Assembly: GCA_031835245.2 (NCBI GenBank) | Contig: JAVKOQ020000031.1 | Span: forward strand, 124,001-188,000 | From: Balamuthia mandrillaris | Lineage: Eukaryota | Direction: 5' to 3' | Length of the DNA stretch: 64,000 bases | In this document: piece after piece, positions 12,342 through 24,317 of the stretch | Layout of the letters: the number at the start of each line of letters is the position of its first letter | Position numbering within the stretch: position 1 is the stretch's first letter | Notes under the pieces: generated by a model | Database searches by the model: none | Seen by the model: the letters and a program-made list of their open reading frames with translations, nothing else | Told to the model about the DNA's origin: nothing | Translations under genes and position numbers: made by a program

Positions 12342-14040
12342 TCACTCATCAAACTTGAAGTTGTTGAAGATCTTTGATTTAAGGTGAGCGCCGTAATGCA
12401 CCTTCTTCTTGAAAGATTTGTCAGCCGTGTTCGATGAAGACGAAGATGAAGATGAAGATGAGGATAGAAGAGGCTCAACGACGCAATCTATATTGGGCTC
12501 GTAGAAGAACGGAATGGAGATCCTGTAGTTGGTTCCGGCGTTGACCACTCTATGCGGCGTCGATTGATACCTACCATTACTCCAGACCTGTTGTAAAGAA
12601 GGAGAAGGATGAATAAATAAATAGAAATAAAAGAAGAGGAAGAAGAGGAAGAAGCAGAAGCAGAAGAAGAAGAAGAAGAAGAAGAAGAAGAAGAAGAAGA
12701 AGAAGAAGAAGAAGAAGAAGAAGAAGAAGAAGAACAAGAAGAAGAACAAGAACAAGAAGAACAAGAACAAGAAGAACAAGAACAAGAACAAGAACGAAAG
12801 CAAACATGAAGCATATCGCCTAGATTGACAACAAAGGCTCCAGGGATGGGATCAGCATTAATCCACTGCCCAGCCGTGTTTTTTACTTGCAATGCTCCTT
12901 TTGTGTCGTCCTGTGTTTTGACAATCGTTGGCAAACCAATCAAGAGAGAGAGAGAGAGAGAGAGAGAGGCAAAGAATGAAAGACAGAAAGAAAGACCTGA
13001 TTTACGATGGTAAGACATCCATAGTCGCAATGTTCGCCACAACTGTGTATTACGTGGTTGAGTATTAGCCTTTTTTGAAACGATACATGCAAAGGAAGAA
13101 GAACAAAACGAAGAAATAAAACACTGAAAGCAGCATAACGTAATGAGAGATACCTAAGCCCCAAATCAGGAACAGAACGATCCAATGTGGGATAGCCAAT
13201 AACCCTCATAACCCAATAGGACTCGTTCGTCAGGTTCTTCTCCACAAAGAAGTCCTCCGACGGCAGCTCCAACGACATCGCGATGGCTCTCATCATGTCC
13301 TCTCCCAGCCGCAACATCTCCCGGATGTACTGCTGGAAGAACGGTTTAAAGTCGGAGGGAAGTGAGGGCCATTGATTGGGAGAGTAGATCCAATCGCCCA
13401 GCAGGGCCTCGACCTCGTGCATGCTCGGCGATTGAGGATTCAGATCGTCCCGGTGAAGGTCGATGGCCTCGTGCCAGTCCTTCTTTTGAAGGGTCACGTT
13501 CTCACCTAGTTTTTGGTATCCTCTTTTTTTTTTGTTCGTTTGTTTTTTTTTTGTTTAGGTTAAGTAAGTAAAGAAAGTATAAGGAGAAAGATAATAAAGA
13601 ATAACAAAGAAAGAGTGGAAAAAAAAAAGAAAAAGAAAAGAAAAAGAAATGGAAAAAAAAAGAAAAAGAATAAAAATATAAAACGAAAAAAAAAAAAGAA
13701 AGACAGGTAATACTACTCTCGGAGCAAACCTGAAGCCAGGAGACTGAGTGACAGAGATGGCGTCCTTTTCGCTCTGCGGCAAGTCGAAGAACCGTTTGGC
13801 AAGCGCTCTTGCCTCCTCCTGAAGCGCTGCAGGCACGCCATGGCCCACCACGTAGAAGAATCCCACCTCCTCGCAGGCTTGGCGCAGCTGTCGAGCCACC
13901 TCTGCCTTTGTTGGTCCCCCATCACCACTTTCTTTGCCCTTCTTCCGAACGAACGGAGAGATGTCTATGATGGGAAGCCTTTGGAACGCCTCTTCTGTTG
14001 GTTTGTTGTTCTCCACCTCCTCCTCTGCTGCTGCCTTCAT
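12342..14040 (-). CDS. 2-oxoglutarate/Fe(II)-dependent dioxygenase (IPNS-like; DIOX_N + 2OG-FeII_Oxy)
   Basis: LPIIDISPF...[25 protein letters not shown]...[23 protein letters not shown] (HxD), [16 protein letters not shown] (distal His), [10 protein letters not shown] (RxS). About 5 exons. Confidence 0.93.
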
Positions 14041-14060
14041 CCTTTGTTTTTCGTTTCATG

Positions 14061-14227
14061 GTCATTTAGGATAATAGCTTAATAGAAAAAATTCAAGATT
14101 TAAGGATAATAGGTTAACAAGATTGCGGCAAACCGCTAGACGTCTGTTTGATAGTCATTTAGTATAATAGACTAATAGAAAAAATTCAAGATTTAAGGAT
14201 AATAGGTTAACAAGATTGCGGCAAACC
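14061..14227. repeat. Two-copy AT-rich tandem duplication (about 74-bp core, 93-bp period)
   Basis: gtcatttag(g/t)ataatag..taatagaaaaaattcaagatttaaggataataggttaacaagattgcggcaaacc at 14061-14134 and 14154-14227. Confidence 0.9.
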
Positions 14228-15138
14228 ACTTGGCCTGGACGTCTTTTTTTTTTTCCTCCTGTCCCATGGTGTCCTTACGTTTGCAAGGATTAGTGAATAC
14301 ACAAAGCCTGACCTGTTTCTGGACCACAAAACAGTTGCAGGGAACACCAAGGTTGAGGGTTGAAACTAGCAAACTGACTTCCACTAGTTCTCAGGTCAAA
14401 ACTTCGAGATGACGTGGCATGCTTACTTTTTACTCTGGCCTGAGCCATTTTTTTGTTTTTTGTGTTCCGTCTGGACTGGAATCGAAAGGTGAGCAAAAGG
14501 GTTGACCCCTGCAGGACAAGTACATTAAGGGCCTCGCTGACGCCTAGTCAGCGTTGCATGTATGGTCTAGATATCTACTTGATATCATCTTTCTGCAAAC
14601 AAGCGCCTTTGCTTGGTTGCAACGCGTCTCATTACTGCGTGTTCAAATGGTTGTGGAACGCCTTCACTCTCTCGTTATCACGTCAGGACACATCTGACCA
14701 CTTCCATGCAAAGGCAAAGGTGCCAATCGCGGAGAATCGAATCACCATGGTCAGCGCATCGACGGCAGGCTCTTCAGTCTCGCCTCTTGAGATTTAGTAA
14801 TTGAAGGCGGACGTCCATCACATCATGTCCATAATCATTCGACAATATGGGCCTTTGCTGCGTGGGCAGCGGCATGAGCGACTCACGAGAGACAAATGCC
14901 ATAATTCTTGCACAAGCGATATCGGGCAAGCTCTACCTCACTTTTAACAAGCCGCTCACATAGAAAATGAGAAAAGTGAGTTGGGTAAAGAAGCGCTCTT
15001 CTTTGTTGTTTTAATTGTCAAACGTTCTATACAAACAGAATAAAATAAAAATAAAAAATAGGCTGTGCTTTACCAGGACGTCGTCCTGAAGAAACCACTG
15101 GGTGGGTTGAGCTGGTCTCCCATACTTTTTTTGTGGCC

Positions 15139-15444
15139 TCACTCCTCCGCGTCAAAGCTAAAAGTCCGTATTCGTGGTCGAGGCGAGGTCTGTTTGTGCT
15201 TGATCACGCGCATGTTGTTCTTTGGGGTGGAGGGTTTGCCTCCTTCTGGAGGCATGGAGGCTGTGAGCTTGTCTTCCAACTGTTCTGGTAGCCGAAAGCT
15301 GTCCTGACTGGCAAGCTTTCGTGGACTCCGAATAACTTCGTTGTCTTCCGAGTACAAGATGACCTCCTCTTCCTCCTCTTCTCTCTCTTCTCCTCGTATA
15401 ACTGTTTTTTCTTCTGCTCCCTCTTGTTTTTTCTTCCGAGCCAT
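15139..15444 (-). CDS. Small hypothetical protein (about 101 aa)
   Basis: ATG-initiated ORF MARKKKQEGAEEK...RIRTFSFDAEE with coding-like purine composition; no family recognised. Confidence 0.35.
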   Translation of the reverse strand: MARKKKQEGAEEKTVIRGEEREEEEEEVILYSEDNEVIRSPRKLASQDSFRLPEQLEDKLTASMPPEGGKPSTPKNNMRVIKHKQTSPRPRIRTFSFDAEE

Positions 15445-15772
15445 TTTGTTGGTCCTGTGGTGGTGTTCACCTCTCAAGGGAATAAGGAAGCGCATATCGC
15501 TTTGTTTTTTTTTTTTTCCCACGTTCCGTAAAACCCAACTCTCCTGTGACGAAAAGTATTTTTGTCTTCCCGAAGTTGCCCGAAAAGATCAAAATAACTT
15601 ATTATATGATTGGTAGATCACATATATTAAAATTAATATCATTGAAGAATTCATACAATTGGTAGATAATCTATTATAACCAAATTTGGATACTCATTTA
15701 GGATATAAAGAGCGAATTTGCTGATCAAAATCTCTCTCCATTTTTTTTTCTGCCTTTTGGATTGTTTGTTGT

Positions 15773-17712
15773 TTACAGTTTACCCGCCACGTCCTCCACG
15801 ATGGTCACAACGACGCTGATCACCCCGAACAAAGCGCCCAAGACGGCCAACGTGAGGGCCCCGATCTTCTTTGGCGACCGCAGACGGCCTGGCATGAGCC
15901 TCACGTACATCATGCCGGGGGCGATGAAGACGATGATGTTGCCGGCCGTTGCGCCCACCAAACTGAAGACGATGGCGATGTCCGGCATCAGGATGCTGAG
16001 GCCGTAGGACAGGAGGGCATAGAGGATGGTGATGACGATGTAACGCCACCGGATGTCCGGCAGGCGAGCCTCACCAAAGATCTCCACCAGGAGTTCGTCC
16101 AAGTGGAGGCGTGCGGCGTAATGCAGCAATGGATAGGAAACACTATGGCAGAACCGGAGATAAGCGAATAGAGAACAGGATAAACTACAAAAAAAGAAAG
16201 AGAGAAAAAGAAAATCCAGTAAAAGAAACCAAACCAAATGATCACAGCCAACAGTATCTTTCCGACTTCCACAGCGGTGTTGTCATTGTAGTTCGTAAAG
16301 ATATTGCCCTCCGTCTCCTCCGCAAAGGTGATGTAGCCCAACACGCCAACGACTACGTAAACGATGCCGCAAAAGGCCGAGGAGGAGAAGACCACCCTCT
16401 GCATTCTCCTCCTCGTGGCATTCTTCATCTCTCCAAAGATAGGAAAGATGTTGGGATGAAAAGTGAAGGAAAAACAGATGATCGGAATGCTGGTGAACAC
16501 CCCAACGGTGAACCGCATTAAGTGAAGATCCTCCAGGCTTTCCTTCACAGACTTGTCCCAAACGTGTTTAACGCCATGGAAGGAGACCACACCGACAAGG
16601 TAGAGAATGCAGGCCAGGGCGAGGATGCTGGTGTACTTGAGCTTGTCCACTTTGGTGAGGAGGCTGAGAGGAAGCATGACGGTGAGCATTGCTACAGCTA
16701 CCACGAAGGCGCGCGTGTCCAGAGGACCCAGAAACCCGGTGAAAGGCGTGAGGACGTCCCCCACGATGATCATGTAGCCTGTGAGCGCGCCAAAGATGAA
16801 GAGAACCATCGAGAGGTCCAACATTATTGCTCCTGTTTTGGTTTGGATTGTGGAATATAAGTGGGTGGGTGAAGAGGAGAGAAGAAGAGAGGAGAGGGAT
16901 AGGGGAGGAGGATATGAAAGAGAAAGAGAAAGAGAAACGACGAAGGAGAAAGAGAAAGAGAAGCGCCGAAAGAGAAGGAGAGAGAGCAGGAGAAGGAGGA
17001 GCAGAAAGAGAAAGAGAAAGAGAAAAAGAAAAAGAAAGAGAAAGAGAAAGAGAAAGAGAAAGAGAAAGAGAAAGAGAAAGAGAAAGAGAAAGAGAAAGAG
17101 AAAGAGAAAGAGAAAGAGAAAGAGAAAGAGAAAGAGAAGCGACGAAAGAAAGAGAAGCGCCGAAAGCGAAACGACGAAAGAAAAACGAAAGAAAAACGAA
17201 AGAAAAACAACGAGAAGGAACGACGCAACGGAAAGGAAAGATGAAAGAAAAGATAGTAGGCCGAAGTCAAGCAAACCCTTGCGCCCGTAACAGGCAGCAG
17301 CAATGGCGCGGTAGCTCTTGGTCTCCACACGGCTGCTGGCCGAGATCAACAGCTGACAGCTGTAGGCGCTCAACGCGCCCACCAGGCACAACAGGAAAGA
17401 GCCCAGGAAGATGCCGCTGGTCTTCAGCGCGAACGGCAGGGCCAACACCCCTCCACCGATGATGTTGTTGACGAGGTTGAAGGTGCAGCTGGTGGCTGTG
17501 GCCGTTTGTTGCTTGGTTGGATCCACCAGAATGTACTCGTCTTCGTCTGCTTCCTCACTGTCTCCTCCTTTTCGGCTTGAAGGAGGAGAAGAGGAGCTCA
17601 GCGTTTCTTCGTCCACCATCCCGTCGTCCTCTGCTTTGTCATGGTCGGCAAAGGGAGCTGTGTCCTCCACGGAGGCGTAGGTTGCCACCGACTTGCCCTT
17701 GCCCTTAAACAT
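15773..17712 (-). CDS. Amino-acid transporter, AAAP/Aa_trans family (SLC38/AVT-like)
   Basis: TFNLVNNIIGGGVLALPFA, YMIIVGD, LPLSLL..VDKLKYTS, FSFTFHPNIFPIFGEM, VFSLVGAT..IVFIAPG; multiple hydrophobic helices; 2 introns. Confidence 0.93.
17003..17138. repeat. (GAGAAA)n hexanucleotide microsatellite in an intron of the amino-acid transporter
   Basis: About 20 near-perfect copies read directly. Confidence 0.9.
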
Positions 17713-18253
17713 TTTTTTTTCAGTGCTAACCGTCTTTCACTTGTTTCCTTGGAGTGTGTGCTTGCTGCTTTGAAGCGTTACCGCATCTGATGTTTTAGTT
17801 GCAAAATTTTCAAATAAAAATTCAAAAAAAAAAACGTTTTGGTTCAAAAATATCCCCTTGCGAAGCGACTATGGTGTTCGTTTGTGCAGTAGGGTCGTGT
17901 TCAAAAAAAAAAAAAGGAGGGAGGGAGGTGGTGGTTTGTTTCTCGTTCGTTTGTCCCTTTCTTCTGTTTTGTCTCTTTACTTTGGTTGAATTTTCATGAT
18001 GAAAAAAATGGAACCTTTTATGGTTATGGACATGAGAGAGGACAAGAGATAGTTTAAGAGACAGTAGAGGAGAGAGGACGAGGAAATGGAGAGGAGACAG
18101 TAGAGGAGAGAGGACAAGGAGATGGACGTCGGCGGAGAGGAGCCAGGACAGAAGCGAGTACCGGAGAAAGGATAAGAGAGTGTCGACAAAAATAGGTTAA
18201 AGAAAAAGAAAGAACAAAAGAGAGAGAGAAAGAGAAAGAGAGAGAGAGAGAGA

Positions 18254-18308
<55 letters not shown>

Positions 18309-18309
18309 A

Positions 18310-19608
18310 ATGAATATCTTGCCGCACAAGAGCTGGCACGTCTGGAACCGCGCGAACCGAGAGAAGGTTGCCAGGGATGAGAAGGAACACGACGAGAAGG
18401 AGGACCGAAAGAAAAAGCGGCAACTAGAAATCGTGCGTAACCGCTTGATCATCCTTTCTTGATCTTCTTCGTTTTCTTGTTCTTCTCCTTCTCCTCTCCC
18501 TCCTCCTCTCTCTGATGTGCTCCTTCAACAGGAACAAGAAAAACGGGTAACTCTGCTACGCGAAAAACGACAACGCCTTTCCACCCACGAACCAACGTTG
18601 GTTCAACAACCAGAAGAAGAACAGGGCTCCGCTGCCGCTGCTCCTCTGCGGCACATCAACTTCTTTGAGGAGGAAGAGCGAGCCCAAGCGGAGGCCAAAG
18701 AGCATCCGGAGCGCGTGGCAGAGGCCAAAGCCGCCAAGGAGAAGGAGCTCAAGCAGTTCACCACCTTCCTGGGCCAAAGCGCGGCGGAGAAGCAGGACAC
18801 CAAACCTTGGTGGTATCAACCGCCTCCCAAAGAAGAAGATGAAGAAGGAGGAAGAGAAGGAGCGAGGGAGGCGACGAAACCAAAGACGGACAAACAGCGA
18901 AAGTCCGACCGATGGAAGGAAAGAGCGGATCCGCTGGTGAGCGTGAAGAAGCATGTGAGAGAGAAGAAAGAGAAGGAGGAGAAGCGGAGAAAGGAGGAGG
19001 AGGCTGCCAACGCTCTGTTCAAACGACAACAAAGACTTAGGTTGGAAGGAACGTCTTCTTCCTCATCACCCAACAAGCACAAGAAGCAATTGATATGGTC
19101 ACGAAAAAAAGAGGATCGAGAAGGACGAGGACCGGCGTTGTCCGTTGAAACAAACGCAAAAGCGACGAAACAGATGAGCGAGAAAGGGTTGAGATTGCAG
19201 CAGATGAGAGAAGAGCGGTTACAAAGAGAACAAAAAGAACAACTTAAGGTTTGTTGTTAATATTTCTTTCTTCTGCCGCTTCTTGTTGTTCTTGTCTCTC
19301 TCCTTCTTAATTCGCTTGCTTATTCCATCATTTCTGTCTTTAACTTTTCTCTGTCAATCAACATAGACAAGGGCATTGTTGCAAAGCAACTCCGGTGGAG
19401 GTGGTCACCCCCAAAACCATGCCGCAGGATACAACCCGCAGTACCTCACATACAGTCGGGGTAGAACTCGCGCTGGTATCTGCCCTTCTCTTTCCGTTTA
19501 TCTTCTGTTTTTTTGATGTTTGTGCTTACTGTATCTCCTATGCACCATAAAGATAGTGCACTGGTACGCCGCGAACGAGGTGGCGCACGGTTACGCGATG
19601 ACTATTGA
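18310..19608 (+). CDS. LENG1: LENG1-like protein (CIR N-terminal domain)
   Basis: MNILPHKSWHVWNRANREKVARDE (Cir_N), HINFFEEE, FLGQSAAE..KPWW, ADPL, LQQMREERLQREQKE, YNPQY; 4 exons, stop at 19606-19608. Confidence 0.8.
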
Positions 19609-19745
19609 CCCATCCGGGAAACGAAAGCAACATCACGTGGATGATTTGTTAATATAGTGAATTACAACAACGCTAATGCATCGTCTTTAGGTTTTAACAA
19701 TTTTTGAAGAACACAGAAGACAGAAAAAGAACAAGAAAACACAAC

Positions 19746-22439
19746 ATGGGCAGGCAGTTGTGTATTGTGCTGCTTTGTTTGTTGCTGTCGTTGAGGCATT
19801 GCTCAGGTTACATTGTTTCTCTTGGTTGGCCACACATTCTAAGGGAGTTTTGGTGTTCAAGCAGGAAGCGGAGTGACCTCTTACGAGGAGCTTGGCTATG
19901 AAGGGGTTGTGGGTACAGTCTTGGGCGATGTTGACCTGGATGGCTTCTCGGAGCTTCTGTTTTCTTTTAGTGAGTACTTCCTTGCGAGCTTGTTGCTTCT
20001 ATTTCGTTGTTTTTTTCACTGCTTGCTTCTCGGGCGTCCAAGCTTTTAACTGTCATGTGGTGTGTATGTTTGGTTTAAATACTTAACCTTCTTTGTTTAT
20101 TCTTTTCAAAGGTGACAATTCTATGGGCTTGTGGTACACGCAAGCAGCTAACGTAACTCGAAAAGAATCCGTTCCGCCTCCTTCTTCTCCGGCAATAAGC
20201 CTCACAAGTCTTGGGGACCTCGACAAGAATGGGCGACCGGACGTGGTTGCCCGATTCAGCGCAAGTGCGTTCTCCGTTGGATTGATGAACCTCAATGACA
20301 CTGGTGATTTTTTTGTTGTCGTTTATGTCGTTCTTGTTGTGTATTACTCTCTTTCTTCTTGTTCTTGTTCTTCTTCTTCTGCTTCTGTGTTCGTTCTTCC
20401 TCTTCCTTCTCTTACATCTTTCTTCAATCCTCTCGTTCTCTCTCTCTCTCTCTCTCTCTGTTTATTGCTCTTTCTTCGCTTCTCCTTTCTCTCTTGTTTT
20501 TCTCTTTTCTTGTTTCACCTATTTCTCAACTTTTTTTTATTCGGCAGCTTTCCACTGGTTGGACTTTACAGTCCTGTTGCCTCCACCGGCAGGACCACTC
20601 CTAACATTACATCCATGTTCACTGGTTGTCGGGGATGACACTTTACCAATTGTTGTTGCTTTGTCAGACAGTACCTACTTAACTCTCTGTTCATTCTTTG
20701 TCATCCGAGGAGAGTTGTGCGCTGCTCACCTGTTTTTTCATAACAGTATCTGTGTATGTGCTCTCATTTCATAGTAATGGCAGCCTTCAGTATGGAGAAG
20801 GTATAGCACAGGATGTCCAACAATTTCCAAACGGAATTGATTACTCTTTTTTAGTACGTGGCAAGTGTGTTGCGCCAACAGGCTACGAAGACGCTCTTGT
20901 TCGCGGCGGTACTGACCTTTCTACTTTCATGTATCTTTTATTATTCCTTTCATTGTTTTGTGTTTGGCTTGTTCTTTTTTTTTTATTGTTTGGATGGTTG
21001 TTCACAAACCTACTATAAAGCAAATGGTGATACATTTGCGTTGTCATTCGCACGAAAACAGGATGGCAGCATCGAGTTAGTTCAAACAGTGGACTTATCA
21101 GCGACGTTCTTTGCACATACCACCACCGTTGTAAACGCGTTTGACTACAACAACGATGGCAACGCTGACTATCTGGGTTGCGGTGCCTTAATGGAGCAGT
21201 GTGAAATGTTGTTAATGGCTGAAGAGGCGTACACCATTCTTAGCTCAGAACGAATCCTCTTCTCTTATCTTGAACTCGGACCACAGCAAGTCTTTCCTGT
21301 TGGCTTCATTCCCCAACCACAAGAATCTCTGTATTCTTCTGTAATGGTCGTTTTGCTTAGGTCTTCGGGTGAGTCTTTTTTTTTTCGGTCTTTACACTTA
21401 GGATCTCTAACCTATTCTAAACTGAATAGTTGGTATTGAAAGGCTGTACCTTTCGTTGGGCTCGTTGCCTATGGAAAGAAACGTGACCGCCATCCTTTCA
21501 CCCAACCATTCCAGCATCCAAGTGCACCCGTTCCACTTGAACTCCTCTTTTCTCCAATCGCCAACCGTTCACCTCTCTTTGGCCAACATCCAACTTCACC
21601 AAACCAACGGTGATCCCATAGCTCTTAATTCATCTTCGTTGTCGTGGAGTGCGAGCTTACCAATAACAACTGTTGTAGACAACAACAACATGTGGGCTCG
21701 TGTCACTCTTTCCACCTCGATTTCGTGGCAGGAAGCAACTTCAAGCCTTTTTCCATCCTTACAAGTCTCGTATGATGCGTATTGGCTGCACCACCCCGGT
21801 GCAGTGGATGGGTTTCTCTTGGCACAAGACGACATGAAGATCTCCTTCGCCATGAACTGGGGTGAGCCGCTAACCCAAGCCAGCGATACGGAAGCAGTGG
21901 TTGGATGCTCATTTGTGGTGGAGTTCCGAGGAAATGGACTGAACGTTGAGGAAGGAGAGTTAATTGGGATGAATGATGGATCAGCGAAGCGGTATGTGTT
22001 TGGCGATGTAGAAGGAGAAGGCAGCGTTGTGAAGGTAGGCATGGCATTAATGGCGTTGGTGGATGAAACGGCAATGGAAGAAGTGCTACAAACAACGTGG
22101 ATCAAAAAGGTGGCAGACAACGTCACCAGGTTGGAAGTGGAACTGTGGTTACCATGGTTCAGCGAGTCGTTGGCGTATGACCCTGACTTTTCTGTCTTGT
22201 TCGGAGAGGGCGACGTTGATGGAGAAGACGGAGAAGATGGATTTGATGGCGATGGTTCTGCAGCGGACAAGGATGATGATGATGATGAAGTCTTGGCGAT
22301 TGTTCTTCCTTCGGTGTTGGTGCCCTTGGTTGTCATCGGAGCCGTTGGTGGCGTGGTTGCCTTTGTCCTCGTCCAAAAGTGGAAGGCAAAGAGGGCACTG
22401 ACGCGTTCCAAGGAACTTCGGGCCGTTAACTATCAGTAA
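19746..22439 (+). CDS. Type I membrane protein: signal peptide, FG-GAP-like DxDxDG repeats, ComC-like beta-sandwich, single TM helix
   Basis: Signal MGRQLCIVLLCLLLSLRHCSG; LGDVDLDGFSELLF, LGDLDKNGRPDVV, FDYNNDGNADY; LPWFSESLAYDPDFSVLF; TM VLAIVLPSVLVPLVVIGAVGGVVAFVLV followed by a basic tail. Internal exon boundaries are approximate. Confidence 0.7.
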
Positions 22440-22590
22440 TGTAAAACTATTATATTCCTTTTTTGTTCATTGAATGGGGACACCGAATGTCTTACCGCCT
22501 AGCCGATATTTTCAGGTAAGAAAAGTTAGACAACATTCTCTGTTGTTTTATCCCCAATTTTGTCACAAAAGCGGAACTCAAACAGAGAAG

Positions 22591-22927
22591 ATGGAAGGAG
22601 GAGGAGGGCTGCTTGAAAGGATACCTCCAGAGCTGTTGTCTCTGGTGCTGACGTTCCTGGAGGATGCCAAGGACGTGGCCTGTTTCGCCTGCACCTGCTC
22701 CACCACGCGAGACCTCGTCCAGCAGGACCTCTTTGTCCGCTACGCCATTGAGAAGAAGAGGGAGAAGCGGCTGCTTCCCGCACCGGAAACCGCAAGCCTG
22801 AGCGGAGTGAACGGAGACCTCCCGCAGCCTTGGAGCCAAGAGCTTTTGCCTCTGTTCCTTGGCGGTTGCGAGGACAACGAAACGGTGGACTGGCGGCATT
22901 GCTTCACTTGTGGCACCCGCTCAGCTG

Positions 22928-22959
<32 letters not shown>

Positions 22960-23761
22960 CTTCTTCTTCTTCTTCTTCTTCTTCTTCTTCTTCTTGTTTT
23001 TCTTCTTCTTCTTCTTCTTCTTCTTCTTCTTCTCATATAGCTATTCTTTTTCTTCGACAGACGTTTTCGTTTCTGATACTGTGCACCGGTAGTTATCCTG
23101 TCCCTTTGAACGTGCCCTTTCGCATACGCCGCCTGGCCATACTCTACGCGACCAACTCGCAACCGACCTTTGACTATCTGTGCGAGTTTGATGCCATCTT
23201 GGTCATTGGCGGTGGCGCCATCTCCAAGAACGAAGCCATCAGTTTGTTCTCCCTCTTGCTTTTCGTCGTCGCTTAGTCTCTTTCTTTCTAAGAGAGGCCT
23301 CCTCTTTCTTCCCGTAAACAGGCAACATGTTGGCTCGTTACATCAAAGAGGATCGTGGCGGAGTGGTCATAGCCAGGGCAGGCAACCAAAAGGACGGCGA
23401 CTACTGCGTCAAAGGCGAGTTCCTTGCCGAAGGCCTCCATCCTTTGATCCCTGACGGCGGCGAGCTGGTCCATCGCACCCTCGGATCAAAGCTGCGTCCC
23501 AACCACCCCACATTGTACCAAGTGGAGGAGATAGGGCGGGTGTACCGTTGTCGGGGAGTCCCGGAGCAAGGCGCAGAGGTCATCGCGGAATGGGATGACG
23601 GCGTGCCTTTGGTGGTGCAACTGCGAAAGAAGGAGCATTACGGCATGGTGGTCACCGTCAATGCTGGGTGCGAGGTGCCTCCTGTCGGTGGCTCTCGTCT
23701 TCTTTCCAATGCGTTGGCCTACGTGGCGCTTGCTTCGAAGAGAGCGAAAGGCCAAACATAA
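22591..23761 (+). CDS. F-box protein with C-terminal alpha/beta (class I GATase-like?) domain
   Basis: LLERIPPELLSLVLTFLEDAKDVACFACTC is an F-box; FDAILVIGG...GNMLARYIKEDRGGVVIA...VIAEWDDGVPLVV...LLSNALAYVA; 2 introns. Confidence 0.7.
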
Positions 23762-23870
23762 CAACTGTGTTCCTTGGGGAAGGGTTCAGAGGGACAGAGA
23801 CTGCTGTGTCCCCTTTTGTGAAACACACAACCCCTTAACCTTGTGTGGTTTATTATCATTATGAAGAGCA

Positions 23871-24104
23871 ATGGCAGAAGGAGGAGGTTTGATGGAGAAG
23901 ATACCGCCGGAGGTGTTATTCCCGATGTTGTCCTGCCTGGAAGATCTCAAGCACAGCGGACCTTTCGCGGCCTGCAACACCGCCAAGGCTCTCATCAAGC
24001 AGAACTTTTTTGCTTGCTATGGGCGAGAGAGGATGATGGAGGAGGAAGAAGCTTCAAGCAGCAAGAGACGCGTGGTAGAAAATTCACGTCGTCCCGGATA
24101 TTAA
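23871..24104 (+). pseudogene. Truncated paralog of the upstream F-box gene (F-box only)
   Basis: MAEGGGLMEKIPPEVLFPMLSCLEDLKHSGPFAACNTAKALIKQNFFACY aligns with MEGGGGLLERIPPELLSLVLTFLEDAKDVACFACTCSTTRDLVQQDLFVRY and ends after 77 aa. Confidence 0.6.
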
Positions 24105-24317
24105 AATTCTTTACATTCGTCACATAATTTTCATTCCATAGAACGCCCATGACGACACGAAAGACCCACATGCACTGAAAGAGAAAGAAGAACGACGTCG
24201 AGCTTTCAACAAAAGAGCAACGTCGGCTGCTTGTCATCCATCCGTGTTTTGAGGCGAGGTACTCTCTGTTGTTTTTTCTCTGCTTTTGTTGGATAGCAAC
24301 TAACGCGCAGTGGTACA

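Noticed and set aside
14230..15130. Short ORFs (e.g. 14453-14797) as a gene or transposon remnant
   Set aside because: No recognisable domain, terminal repeats or coherent exon chain.
16833..17276. Stop-free in-frame 444-nt segment giving poly-(FL) in the transporter ORF
   Set aside because: It has GT...AG ends and its removal restores a normal permease. Pyrimidine-rich introns lack stop codons by composition.
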